A stretch of 64,000 bases of DNA from Pristiophorus japonicus. Taxonomy: Eukaryota. Positions 1 to 12,400 of this stretch are shown here, in pieces. Every line of letters begins with the position of its first letter. Position 1 is the first letter of the stretch. A program made the translations under genes and the position numbers. The DNA lies in assembly GCF_044704955.1 (NCBI RefSeq), contig NC_091991.1:31930001-31994000 (forward strand), given 5' to 3'. The notes below the pieces were generated by a model. The model did no database searches and was not told the origin of the DNA. It saw only the letters and a list, made by a program, of their open reading frames with translations.

Positions 1-582
1 TTGTTCGATTACAGTTCTGCCTGCCAATCTTCGATTCCAATTTACCTGCGCCATCCTCCAATTAAGTATTTTTACCCGTGATTGCCCACTGTCCTTTTCC
101 AAAGCTAATCTAAACCTTATGATATGATCTGTGTTCCCTAAATGTTCCCCGATACTTGTTTCACTTTACCCACCCTCATTCCCGAGAACCAGATCCAGTA
201 ATGCCTCCTTCCTCGTTGGGCTGGAAACATACTGATCAAGAAAGTTCTCCTGAACACACACTTCAGAAATTCTTCCCCCTCTCTATCCTTTACATTACTA
301 TCCCAATCTATATTAGGATAGTTGAAGTCCCTCATTATCACTACTCTATAGTTCTTGCACCACTCTAATTTCCCTGCAAATTTGCTCCTCTATAATCCTT
401 TCCACTAATTGGTGGCCTGTAGAGTACACTTAGTAGTGTAATGACACCTGTGTCATTTCTTAACTTTAAACAAATAGATTCTGTTCTTGACCCCTCCAAG
501 ACAACCTTTCTCTCTCTGGCTCTATAACATTCTCCTTAACCAATACTGCCACCCCGCCTCCTTTCTTTCCTTCCCTATCTGT
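1..582 (-). mobile_element. CR1-type LINE fragment (endonuclease region, decayed)
   Basis: Minus-strand translation gives CR1 ORF2 endonuclease motifs (IMRDFNYPNIDW, EEFLKC) with frameshifts. Confidence 0.75.
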
Positions 583-589
583 GCAGAGT

Positions 590-1371
590 GATCAGCACAG
601 AGTTTCTTAACAGTGCATTTAAACATCATGTTTTGTTTGGGAATTTGGAAATAATGGGAATTTCTGGTAAGTAGAAGCTATCAATAATAAAATTTAGTTC
701 AATATTTTGATTTAAACTTAGAGCTTTAAAAACTGTAGTTAATAGAAGCTGCCTGCCAGCAGTTAACGGTCAGCTGTAAGTGTTTGTCCTGAATAGGTGC
801 TAACAGCAAGAGTAGGGAAGCTGAGTCAGTGCTTGTAACTTGGGTGAGGCTGCTATAGTATAAAAGTAAACAGCGTCTTAACCTGAGTGCACTTAAACAG
901 TGTGTTTTATTTGGGAATTCGGAGAAGAGGGGGAAGGGCCCAATTGGAGGAGGCATCAGAACCTTTGACAATTTCCAAAAAAAAAACAAGGACAACAGGT
1001 AGGTGATTGGTTTATTAAGGTTTTTTTCTCTCTTTTCTCACTAACCTAGGACTGTGGTTTAAACTAGGTGTGGGAAACTATAAAGTACTGTATTAAACTT
1101 ATAGCTTAACTAGTTAAACTCATTAATATAACTATAAATAATCATTGAATAAAGACTAATTAATTACATAAATAAAATAAGTCTACACTAAGACATGGCA
1201 GAGCAGGTTGTGTGTGGTTAAATATAAAGTGAGAGGAAATCCAATTAAAAATGAGTAAAACTGTCTGTACAGCAATGCACACAGTATCCGTAATAAAACA
1301 AGGGAGCTGGAGGCAATCATGCGTTGCGAGAAACCAGATATAGTCAGGATTACTGAGACATGGCTACAGCG
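590..1371 (+). mobile_element. CR1-type LINE 5' portion (UTR/ORF1 start fused to ORF2 start), cut by the adjacent RTE
   Basis: About 1262-1370 reads CLYSNAHSIRNKTRELEAIMRCEKPDIVRITETWL, typical of the start of a CR1 ORF2 endonuclease. It ends abruptly at RTE sequence. Confidence 0.55.
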
Positions 1372-4300
1372 CCCTCCCGGATGCACTTCCTCCACTTCGG
1401 GCAGTCTTGGGCCAGGGACTCCCAGGTGTCAGTGGGGATGTCGCACTTTATCAGGGAGGCTTTGAGGGTGTCCTTGTAGCGTTTCCACTGCCCACCTTTG
1501 GCTTGTTTGCCGTGAAGGAGCTCCGCACTTGCTTTGGGAGTCTCATGTCTGGCATGAGGACTATGTGGCCTGCCCAGCAAAGCTGATCAAGTGTGGTCAG
1601 TGCTTCAATGCTGGGGATGTTGGCCTGAATGAGGACGCTGATGTTGGTGCGCCTGTCCTCTCAGGGGATTTGTAGGATCTTGCGGAGACATCATTGCTGA
1701 TATTTCTCCACCAACTTGGTGTCTACTGTACATGGTCCATGTCTCTGAGCCACACAGGAGGGCAGGTATTACTACAGCCCTGTAGACCATGAGCTTGATG
1801 GCAGTTTTGAGGGCCTGGTCTTCAAACACTTTTTTCCTCAGGCGGCCGAAGGCTGCACTGGCACACTGGAGGCGGTGTTGGATCTCGTCGTCGATGCCTG
1901 CTCTTGTTGATAGGAGGCTCCCGAGATATGGGAGGTTTTCCACGTTGTCCAGGGCCGCGCTATGGATCTTGATGACTGGGGTGGCAGTGCTGTGCGGCGA
2001 GGACAGGCTGGTGGAGGACCTTTGTCTTATGGATGTTTAGCGTAAGGCCCATGTTTTCGTACGCCTCAGTAAATACGTCGACTATGTCCTGTATGTGCGC
2101 AGACGCAGACGTCATCCGCGTACTGTAGCTTGACGACGGAGGTTGGGGTGGTCTTTGATCTGGCCTGGAGAGGGTGAAGGTTGAACAGGTTCCCACTGGT
2201 TCTGTAGTTTAGTTCCACTCCAGCGGGGCGCTTGTTGACTGTGAAGTGGAGCATGGCGGCGAGAAAGATTGAGAAGAGGGTTGCAGCCCTGTTTGACCCT
2301 GGTCTGGACGTGGATTGGGTCTGTGATGGATCCGTTGGTAAGGATCACGGCCTGCATGTCGTTGTGGAGCAGGCGGAGGATGGTGATGAACTTTTGGGGG
2401 CATCTGAAACGCAGGCGGACGCTCCATAGACCCTCGCGGTTGACAGTGTCAAAGGCCTTTGTAAGGTCGAAGAAGGCCATGTATAAGGGCTGGTGCTGTT
2501 CCCTGCATTTTTCCTGTAGCTGTCGCGCTGCAAAAATTATGTCCGTTGTGCCCCGTAGGGGACGAAAACCGCACTATGACTCCAGGAGGAGCTTCTTGGC
2601 CACGGGAAGATGATGGTTGAGAAGGACTCTAGCACGACTTTCCCAGTGGCTGATAGCAGGGAGATTCCTCTGTAGTTGCCGCAGTCGGACTTGTCCCCTT
2701 TTTTAAAGATGGTCACGATTACTGCATCTCTGAGATCCCCCGGCATACTCTCCTCCCTCCAGATGAGAGAGATGAGGTTGTGTATTCGCGCCAGCAGTGT
2801 CTCTCCGCCATACTTCAATGCCTCAGCAGGGATTCCGTCCGCACCCGTAGCCTTGTTGTTTTTAAGCTGTCTTATGGCTTTTTCTACCTCGTGTAGTGTT
2901 GGGGTCTTACTGAGGTGGTGGCGGGTAGCATGCTGCAGGATGGAGTCGAGAACACTCGAGTCAAAGGCAAAGTCTCGATTGAGGAGATCTTCGAAGTGCT
3001 CCTTCCAGCGGGCCCTGACTGCTTCGGTGTCCTTGATGAGTGTTTCCCCATTCTTGGCCAGCAGTGGGGTGGAGCCTTGGGTGTTTGGCCCGTAGGTGGC
3101 CTTGACTGCGATGAAAAATCTTCACACATCATGGTTGTCGGCCAGCTGCTGTATCTCCTGTGCTTTCTCCATCCACCACCTGTTCTTTAGGTCCCGGGTT
3201 TTTTGTTGGACCTCAGCCTTGAGCAGTCTGTAATGCTGCTTTGTTGCTCCCGCATTGGGTTGTTGTTTCAGGCTCAGAAGTGCCCTGCGCTTGCGATCTA
3301 TTAGCTCTTGGATCTCCTGATCATTCTCATCAAACCAGTCTTGGTGTTTCCTGGTTGAGTAACTGAGCGTCTCTTTGCGGACACTGGTTATGGAGGACTG
3401 GAGGGCAGACCAAGCCCTGTGGGCATTCTGCATCTCGGGGTTGTCAAGGCATGCCAGGTTAGCTGTGAGGCAGTGGCTGTATAGGGCTCTCTTAGCTGGG
3501 TCCTTAAGTGCTCCGGCATTGCCTTTTTTGCGGCACTGCTTCTGTTGCCCCCTCCGCTTTGTGGCTATGTTGATGTCGATGATGGATCGGATTAGACGGT
3601 GGTCTGTCCAGCAGTTGCCAGCTCCTGTCATTGCACGGGTGATGCGCACATCCTTGCGATCCCTGGCTCGGATGATGACATAGTCGAGCGGGTGCCAGTC
3701 TTTGGAGCGAGGGTGTTGCCACAAAGCCTTATATTTGTCCCTCTGGCGGAACAAGGTATTGGTGATGACAAATTCGTGCTCTAGACATGCTGTCAGGAGT
3801 AGGGTACCGCTAGAGTTACATAGAAATTAGGTGCAGGAGCAGGCCATTCGGCCCTTCGAGCCTGCACCGCCATTCAATAAGATCGTGGCTGATCATTCAA
3901 TCTCAGTACCCCTTTCCTGGTTTCTCTCCATACCCCTTGATCCCTTTAGCCGTAAGGGCCATATCTAACTCCCTTTTGAATATATCTAACGAACTGGCCT
4001 CAACAACTTTCTGTGGTAGAGAATTCCACAGGTTAACCACTCTCTGAATGAAGAGGTTTCTCCTCATCTCGGTCCTAAATGGCTCACCCCTTATTCTTAG
4101 ACTGTGACCCCTGGTTCTGGAACTCCCCAGCAACGGGAACATTCTTCCTGCCTCTCACCTGTTCAATTCCATCAGAATTTTATAGGTTTCTATGAGATCC
4201 CCTCTTATTCTTCTAAACTCCAGTGGATACAAGCCCTGTTGATCCAGTCTCTCCTCATATGTCAGTCCTGCCATCCCAGTAATCAACCCAGTGAACCTTC

Positions 4301-6260
4301 ACTGTACTCCCTCAATAGCAAGAACGTCCTTCCTCAGATTAGGGGACAAAACTGAACACAATATTCCAGGTGTGGCCTCACCAAGGCCCTGTACAACTGC
4401 AGTAAGAACATAAGAATTAGGAACAGGAGTAGGCCATCTAGCCCCTCGAGCCTGCTCCGCCATTCAACAAGATCATGGCTGATCTGGCCGTGGACTCAGC
4501 TCCACTTACCCGCCTACTCCCCGTAACCCTTAATTCCCTTATTGGTTAAAAATCTATCTATCTGTGACTTGAATACATTCAATGAGCTAGCCTCAACTGC
4601 TTCCTTGGGCAGAGAATTCCACAGATTCACAACTCTCTGGGAGAAGAAATTCCTTCTCAACTTGGTTTTAAATTGGCTCCCCCGTATTTTGAGGCTGTGC
4701 CCTCTAGTTCTAGTCTCCCCGACCAGTGGAAACAACCTCTCTGCCTCTATCTTGTCTATCCCTATCATTATTTTAAATGTTTCTATAAGATCATCCCTCA
4801 TCCTTCTGAACTCCAACGAGTAATGACCCAGTCTACTCAATCTATCATCATAAGACCTCCTTGCTCCTATACTCAAATGCTCTAGCTATGAAGGCCAACA
4901 TGCCATTTGCCTTCTTCACCGCCTGCTGTACCTACATGCCAAACTTCAGTGACTGATGTACCATGACACCCAGGTCTCGTTGCACCTCCCCTTTTCCTAA
5001 TCTGTCACCATTCAGATAATATTCTGTCTTCCTGTTTTTGCCACCAAAGTGGATAACCTCACATTTATCCACATTATACTGCATCTGCTATGCATTTGCC
5101 CACTCACCTAACCTGTCCAAGTCACCCTGCAGTCTCTTAGCATCCTCCTCACAGCTCACACCGCCACCCAGCTTAGTGTCATCTGCAAACTTGGAGATAT
5201 TACATTCAATTCCTTCATCTAAATCATTGATGTATATTGTAAAGAGCTGGGGTCCCAGCACTGAACCATGCGGCACCCCACTGGTAACTGCCTGCCATTC
5301 TGAAAAGGACCCGTTTATTCCGACTCTTCCTGTCTGCCAACCAGTTCTCTATCTACGTCAATACATTACCCCCAATACCATGTGCTTTTACCTTGCACAC
5401 TAATCTCTTGTGTGGAACCTTGTCAAAAGCCTTTTGAAAGTCCAAATACACCACATCCACTTGTTCTCCCTTGTCCACTCTACTAGTTACATCCTCAAAA
5501 AATTCTAGAAGAATTGGCTTTCCCTACCCTCTCTCTGCCAATCACGCCCCCCCCAGAGGTCTGTGCCCTTGCCAACCCTGGCGTTGAAGTCACCTAGGAG
5601 GATCAGTTTGTCGCCCGCGGGGACACAGGACAGGGATTTTGATAGGTTGGTGTAAAAGCCCTCTTTGGCCTCATCAGTTGCGTTGAGTGTCGGGGCGTAC
5701 GCACTGATGACTGTGGCACACTGGTTCCGGGATAGGATGCGTCGAAGAGTCATGAGGCGTTCGTTAGCCCCGCAGGGGGAGTCTTTGAGGTGGTCAATCA
5801 GCTCATTTTTGATGTTCTTTGTTCCTTGAGCTGGCCTTCCCCTGCCCGCCGGGTCTCGCTTAGGGCGGCGATGTCGATATCAAAGCGTCCAAGTTCCCGG
5901 GCAACTATGGCGGTGCGGCGTTCCGGCCTGTCGCTGTTGGGGTTGTCCATGAGGGTCCTGACATCCCGACATCCCAGGTACCGAACTTCATGTTAACGGA
6001 GTGGAAGATGCCTGTGCGCGAGTTCTTTTAACGTGGGGTGGTCGTTGCACACCGGCAACCACACGGGCTTAGCTGAGCGAGGTCTTGATCCAGTGGCAAG
6101 GGAGTCCAAGACGACTGCAGACCAGGCACTGCTATATGGGCCTAGTTGCCTACAGCGAGATGTTGGCCTCAGGCTCGGCGCTGGGTAGTGCCCTAGGTGA
6201 TCCGAGGCCTGGTTGGGGGCAGGCATTGGGAGGGTCAGTGGCCCGCTGGGGTTCAGGGTG
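1372..6260 (-). mobile_element. RTE-clade LINE, near full length, frameshifted, interrupted by CR1 insertions at about 3818-5513
   Basis: ORF pieces give APE endonuclease (ISAYAPT, LLGDFNARVG, WTDHRL) and RT (FFDLTKAFDTV, LQYADD, YLGS) motifs. It aligns with the plus-strand copy at 42735-46208, including the 5' region. Confidence 0.9.
3818..5513 (-). mobile_element. CR1/HER1-like LINE 3' half nested in the RTE, itself containing a second CR1 3' end (about 4406-4853)
   Basis: RT motifs ([26 protein letters not shown]), the C-terminal RTRGHSL..VVNLWNSLP motif and two separate CR1 tails (catagaaa type and cataagaa type). RTE sequence resumes on both sides. Confidence 0.9.
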
Positions 6261-7079
6261 GAAGGGCGGTCACAGCCATGGAACTCACCACATGTTGGAG
6301 GTGGAGAAGAGGCCAGGTCGCCGGTGGGGAAGGAGAGACAGGCACCGTATCTGTGCAATGCTGTTAGTGTCAGGGTTATGGTACACGGCAATATTGCACT
6401 CAATAAATCAGGTCATTTGTGGGCTAGCTCCGGAAAAACAAAAACACAAAAGCTGTCATTTTTCACAAAATCCAGCTGGTTCACTGATGGCTCTTAGAAG
6501 TCAACTTGCCACTGTTACCCTGTCTAGCCGACAAACTGTCATCAGTCTCACGCTCCATGATTGGCTCAGAGTATCCTTGTGGCTCGGTAACAAGTGTATT
6601 TTTTTGTCTTATAACACTCCTGTGAAGCGTCTTGGGACGTTTTACTACGTTAAAGGCGCAATATAAATACAAGTTGTTGTTGGTGGTAGTGGCGGGTGGG
6701 TATGGCAGTGTCATGGTTATGTTACTGGACTGATAATCCAGCAGATCGGGAGTTCAAATCCCACCACGGCAGTTTGAGAATTTGAATTCAGTTTTATGCC
6801 AGCAGATACGATGGGCCGAATGGCCTCCTTCTGCGCCGTAAATTTCTACGAAGTGGCCTAGGAAGCCACTCAGTTGTGATAATAATGACCAAAGAAAAGA
6901 CACGACTACCTCTCAGGACAATTAAGGATTGGCATTAAATGCAAAATAACCAATATATACTGCTACTTTATCATAATTATGTCAGTCTTGAAAATTTCAA
7001 TTGACCCAGCATCCACAGCCTGTTGGAGGAGTGAGTTCCAGATTGACACTATCCTGTGTGTGAAATCCACTACCGTTCC

Positions 7080-7315
7080 TGATGTCTTTAATACTCTTAT
7101 GAATGACTCCACGAGGTCTAGTATTGTACTTGAGCTGTTGTGACCTTAGTCTCATTTATTGTAACTCCAGAGTGAGGCACAAGCATGGTGGGCAGCCTTT
7201 TATACTGGGCCCTGCACACCTATGCGGGTGGCCCTCAGATCTCCCACCGCAGTGCCCTCTGGTGGCACACCTTATATGACTATACAGTTAGTATACATGG
7301 TCTACATACATGACA
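7080..7315 (-). mobile_element. Solo LTR (236 bp)
   Basis: TG...CA termini, flanks gttcc/cttcc (5-bp TSD with one mismatch), and TATAAAAG followed by AATAAA on the minus strand. Confidence 0.65.
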
Positions 7316-7444
7316 CTTCCTAACCCTAGTCGACTGAAGCCAATTATGAAGCCTTTTACCATGAACACGTGTTATTTTAAAATAACCTAACAGTCAAGCT
7401 AATGCAGAAAGACATAAGCATGCGCGGTTCAAGAACTAGAGAGG

Positions 7445-7925
7445 GTGAAGAGGAGATTTACGAGGATGTTGCCAGGACTGGAGAATTTTAGCTATGAGGA
7501 AAGATTGGATAGGCTGGGGTTGTTTTCTTTGGAACAGAGGAGGCTGAGGGAAGATTTAATTGAGTTGCATAAAATTATAAGGGGCCTAGATAGTGGATAA
7601 GAAGGACCTATTTCCCTTAGCTGAGGGGTCAATAACCAGGGGGCATAAATTTAAAGTAGTGGATCGAAGGATTAGAGGGGAGATGAGGGGAAAAAAATTC
7701 ACCGAGCATGGTGGGAGTCTGGAACTCACTGCCTGAAAGGGTGGTAGCAGAAACCTTCATCACATTTAAAAAGTACTGGGATATGCACTTAAAGAGCAGT
7801 GACCTACAAGGGCTACAGACCAAGAGTTGGGAGGTGAGATTAGGCTAGGTTGCTTTTTTGACCGACACGGACACGATGGGCTGAACGACACAGAAGGAAA
7901 CTATAATTTTCTATGATTCTATGAA
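7445..7925 (+). mobile_element. CR1 LINE 3' fragment
   Basis: RRFTRMLPGL / RGHKFKV-type coding remnant and a ttctatga tail. Confidence 0.8.
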
Positions 7926-8231
7926 TTCTTTCCCAGGCCTCGAGAAAAATCTCAGTAAAGTTTTACAGAACACCTTAACTCAATTTATATTTGAAAGCAT
8001 TCACTTATATTTCTAAATAAGTGGAGTTTAGTTAAACCTGGGCAGGGGAAATAATCTGTTCACCGTTAGATTTAGCCGGCACAGGCATGACGGGCCTGAA
8101 ACAGTAAAATATATTCACGTGCAATCTATGCAACACATGTCTGCATCAATGGAAGTAGATGAGATGTGATTTCGGGCTTAAAGTTTAGTTCTATTATGAT
8201 TTTTTAAAATTCTAGGTACATATATCTACAG

Positions 8232-8327
8232 TCTGTCGAAAAGTCATCGACCTGAAACGTTAACTGTTTCTCTCTCCACAGATGCTGCCTGATCTGCTGA
8301 GTATTTCCAGCATTTTCTGTTTTTATT
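8232..8327 (+). mobile_element. Penelope-like element 3' terminal fragment
   Basis: gacctgaaacgttaac...ccacagatgctgcctga...ccagcattttctgttttt is shared with the GIY-YIG-bearing copy at 38885-39375. Confidence 0.7.
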
Positions 8328-8728
8328 ACATACATCTACTATTTTTTTTCCTTGCAGCATTAATAGCAATTCCCCCTCTGTATTTTAATCTCTCATAAAG
8401 GCTACTAATTGTTGTGTCCGTGCAGAATGGCTTTGCGTAAACAAAGCAAGAGTGGCAATATACCTCGAGGAGAGAGGACCGGTCGGTCGCTAAAGCCCTG
8501 AGCTTAGAAACCGTTCCTAAAGTGTGTAGTCTGAACACAGCCTCAGGCGCCCCATCCATCTCCAATGTATTAATCCAAACATTAACTAGAAAGTACTGTG
8601 ATTTATCGACAGTCGATTGCAAGTTTGCCCCCAGTAAAGCGAGGAAAAGTTGCATAAAAACGTTTGAAAATCGAACTTGCAAGTTGTGTGGTGGAGGGGC
8701 AGCAAATTAAGTGACAAGATCTGCTCAC

Positions 8729-8983
8729 CAGCTCAATTGCAACAACATCATTGAGAAGCACCGCCTCGTGGATGGTTTTGGGTGGATTCTGTGTCAGATA
8801 GATGCACTCGTCGGTGAGGATGACATACTCGAATGCTTTTTTATGTTTCCTTTCAGATACCACGATACACGCTTCGTACATTCTGATCTTGTTAAAGACC
8901 CTCTCCTCCAAGTGTCTCTTTAGGAAGAAGTCCAGCTTGTCGTGCCGTTTGGAAGGAAATTTGTCCAGCTCACTCCTCGCCAT
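8729..8983 (-). CDS. C12orf56: C12orf56 homologue (uncharacterised protein), first coding exon, 85 aa; the gene continues beyond the window start
   Basis: MARSELDKFPSKRHDKLDFFLKRHLEERVFNKIRMYEACIVVS...YLTQNPPKTIHEAVLLNDVVAIEL resembles the recalled human C12orf56 N-terminus (RLDVFLRRHL..YEPCIVVS..YLTENPPKSI..DVVAIDL). It ends at a canonical CTG|gtgagc donor. C12orf56 neighbours XPOT in human. Confidence 0.85.
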
Positions 8984-9099
8984 AAAAAAAGTTACTATTG
9001 TTTTTTTTTCCCAGATGCAAGCTATAATTAGGACGGGGAGGGAAGGGCTGCAGAGAGGGGAACTCCTTTTCCCAGCTTGCTATTCTTGTTTGTATCCAC

Positions 9100-9240
9100 T
9101 GACTTAACTTGTCACTCGGGGCAAGCGCGCGCTCCCGGGGGAACCCCTCCTCACTACGTTACAATGGCAGCAAGCGCCAATCGCCACCCGAACACAGCGT
9201 CACAGCCACGCCCCTTAGCCCCGCCTTGCCCGTCAATCCA
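9100..9240 (-). promoter_or_regulatory. Probable C12orf56 promoter (small GC/CpG-rich patch)
   Basis: Local CpG enrichment, CCAAT near 9177, GC boxes (ccacgcccc, ccccgcc) and an X-box-like GTTACAATGGCAGC at 9158-9171, just upstream of the ATG. Confidence 0.5.
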
Positions 9241-9359
9241 TTCATGAATCACACTCGTCAAAGAGATTAAGAGTCCAGTTTAGCCTTGTTGATTGATTTT
9301 TTTATGTCCACCCCGCCCGCCCCATTCGAGTGTCTACTCCAGACAACTTGACACAAAAC

Positions 9360-10215
9360 TTGTTAGTATAGTGAACAGTGAGGAGGATAGCGATAGACTT
9401 CCATGAGGACAGACAGGCTGGTGGAATGGGAGGACACGTGGCAGATGAAATTTAACGCAGAAAAGTGCAAAGTGATACATTTTGATAGAAAGAACGAATG
9501 GAGGCAATGTAAACTAAAGGGCACAATTCTAAAAGGCGTGTAGGAACAGAGACCTAGGATATGTGCACAAATCGTTCAAGGTGGCAGGGTAGGTTGAGAA
9601 AGCAGTTAAAAAAGCTTACGGGATCCTGGGCTTCATAGAGCAGAGTACAAAAGCGTGGAAATTATGATGAACCTTTATAAAACACTGGTTCGGCATCAAC
9701 TGGAGTATTGTGTCCAATTCTGGGCACCGCACTTTAGGAAGGATGTGAAGGCCTTAGGGTGCAGGGATAAGGGACTTCAGTTACGTGGATAGACTGGAGA
9801 AGCAGGGATTGTTCTCCTTTGAGCAGAGAAGGTTGAGAGATTTGATAGAGGTGTTCAAAATCATGAGGAGTCAAGACAGAGTAGAGAGAAACTGTTCCCA
9901 TTGGCAAAACGGTCACGAACCAGATGACACAGATTTAAGGCAATGGGCAGAAGAACCAAAGGCGACATGAGGAAAAACTTTTTTACGCAGCGAATGGTTG
10001 GGATCTGGAATGGACTGCCCGAAAGGGTGATGGAGGCAGATTTAATCGGGGCTTTCAAAAGGGAATTGGATAAGTACCTGAAGGAAAAAAAATTGAAGGG
10101 CTATGGGTAAAGGACAGGGGAGTGGGACTAGCTGAAATGCTCTTGCAGAGAGTCGGCATATGCTCAACGGGCCGAATGGCCTCCTTCTGTGCTGTATCCA
10201 TTCTGATTCCATGAT
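9360..10215 (+). mobile_element. CR1 LINE 3' fragment
   Basis: [26 protein letters not shown] and RNFFTQR-like remnants with a CR1 tail. Confidence 0.85.
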
Positions 10216-10292
10216 TCCAACTCCTTTAACATAAATCTTTAACGTTCATTAATAGATTGCGAAATAAAATATCAGATTTCGAAAACCACATC

Positions 10293-10565
10293 AACAACTT
10301 GTATTTATATAGCGCCTTTAACGTAGTAAAACATCCCAAGGTGCTTCACAGGGGTATTAAAGGAAAAAAATGGACACCGAGCCACATCAGGAGAAACTAG
10401 GGCAGATGACCAAAAGCTTGGTCAAAGAGGTAGGTTTTAAGGAGCATCTTTAAGGAGGAAAGAAAGGTAGAGTGGCAGAGAAGTTTAGGGAGGGAATTCC
10501 AGAGCTTAGGGTCTTGGCAACAGAATGCACGGTCCCCAATGGTTGAGTGATTCTAATCAGGGATT
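10293..10565 (-). mobile_element. L2-type LINE 3' end
   Basis: Tail ctgtgaagcaccttgggatgttttactacgttaaaggcgctatataaatacaagttgttg, repeated at many sites in the window. Confidence 0.7.
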
Positions 10566-10892
10566 ATGCTAAATAACATAACAGCATAAGTTACCTTTTA
10601 GCTTTTGAAATTTTTTTATTTTTTGCAAATTTTATTTAGTTTGCCAAAATATTTTTGTAACAGCACTCTGTTATTGGCAGTTCCTATATAAAAGTATCTA
10701 CATCACTAGCTCATAATATTGACAGTATTGTAACTACTGTATACCAAATTACCATCAATTTATTATCACAATGGCATCCTTGCTTAAGTGATTCATGACC
10801 CTTGTTGAGATGTAAAAACTATCGTAGTTTAGCTATTTGATTTTGAATTATTTCGAATTCAGTAGTTAATGAAAAGCAAGCTCCTATATCAA

Positions 10893-12400
10893 TTAGCCGA
10901 GGCATAGAATACAAGAGCAGAGGGTATGCTAGAGCAGTATAAAGCACTAGTTCAGCCACAGCTAGAGTCCGGCAAACAGTTCTGGTCACCGCATTACAGG
11001 AAAGATGTGATTGCACTAGAGAGGGTACAGTGGAGATTTACGAGGATGTTGCCTGGGATGAGATTTAAACCTCAATCAATGTCACAAACAGATTATCAGG
11101 TCATATCAGATTGCTATTTGTAGGAGCTTGCTGTGTGCAGATTCGCTGCCGCGCTTCCTACATTACAACAGTGACTACACTTTGAAAAGTACTTAATTGG
11201 CTGTAGAGAGGATTGGTTAATGGACAGAAAACAAAGAGTAGGGATAAACGGGTCATTTTCCGGTTGGCAGGCTGTAACTAGTGAAGTGCCGCATGGATCA
11301 GTGCTTGGACCGTAGCTATTTACAATCTATACTGATGACTTAGATGAAGAGACCCAGTGTAATGTATCCAAGCTGGTTGGGACAGTACGCTGTGAAAATG
11401 ACACACAGAGCTTACAAAGGGATATAGACAGGTTAATTGAGTGGGCAAAAAGGTGGCAGATGGAGTATAATGTGAGGAAATGTGAGGTTATTCATTTTGG
11501 TAGGAAGAATAGAAAAACAATATATTTTAAATGTTGATAAATTATTAAGTGTTGGTTACAAAAACAGAAAATGCTAGAAATACTCAGCAGGTCAGGCAGC
11601 ATCTGTGGAGCAAGAGTCAACATTTCAGGTCGATGACCTTTCATCAGAACTGGAAAAAGTTAAGAGATGTGACAGATTTTAAGTACAGAGGCAGGGAAAG
11701 TGGGGGAAGGGAGGAAAGAACAAAAGGGAAGATCTGTAATAGGGTGGAAGGCAGGAGAGATTAAATGATAAAAGCCAAGAGTCAACATGGATTTATGAAG
11801 GGGAAGTCATGTTTGACAAATTTGCTGGAGTTCTTTGAGGATGTAATGAACAGGGTAGATAAAGGGGAACCAGTGGATGTGGTGTATTTGGACTTCCAGA
11901 AGGCATTTGACAAGGTGCCACATAAAAGGTTACTGCACAAGATAACATTTCACAAGGTTGGGGGTAATATAGTAACATGTGGCACCTTGTCAAAACTGAG
12001 ATGAGGAGAAATTTCTTCTGAGGGTTGTGGATCTGTGGAATTTGCTGCCCGAGAGCTGTGGAAGCTGGGACATTGAATAAATTTAAGACGGAAATAGAGT
12101 GTTTTTAAACAATAAGGGATTAAGGGGTTATGGCACGACCTTGGATAACGTGGACAATTTGCCATACCTCGGGAGCCTACTATCAGCAAGGGCAGACATC
12201 GATGATGAGGTCCAACACCACTTCCAGTGCAGGCTTCGGTCACCTGAGGAACAGAAGGCACGGCCACTATTGGTTGAGTGATTATAATCGAGGATGCTCA
12301 AGAGGGTAGACATTTCTGGGGGAATTACGGGGCTGGAGGAGATTAGAGATAGGGAGGGGCAAGGCCATGGAGGAATTTGAAAATAAGGATGAGAATTTCA
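10893..12400. mobile_element. Mosaic of CR1, DeuSINE, Penelope-like, RTE and L2 fragments
   Basis: Successive blocks each match longer copies elsewhere in the window, e.g. CR1 SQHGFMKGKSCLTNLLEFFE at about 11780 and RTE LDNVDNLPYLGSLLS at about 12140. Confidence 0.75.
11615..11651 (-). ncRNA. Minimal hammerhead ribozyme-like motif in a Penelope-like element terminus
   Basis: The minus strand reads AGTT-CTGATGA-A-AGGTC-ATC-GACCT-GAAA-TG-TT-GACT. It has an intact CUGANGA and GAAA core, a 5-bp stem II, a 4-bp stem I and a loopless stem III. Activity is not shown. Confidence 0.5.

Noticed and set aside
1-8728. Further C12orf56 exons
   Set aside because: No segment with recognisable similarity and splice signals was found; the region is nearly all repeats, so exon 2 probably lies outside the window.
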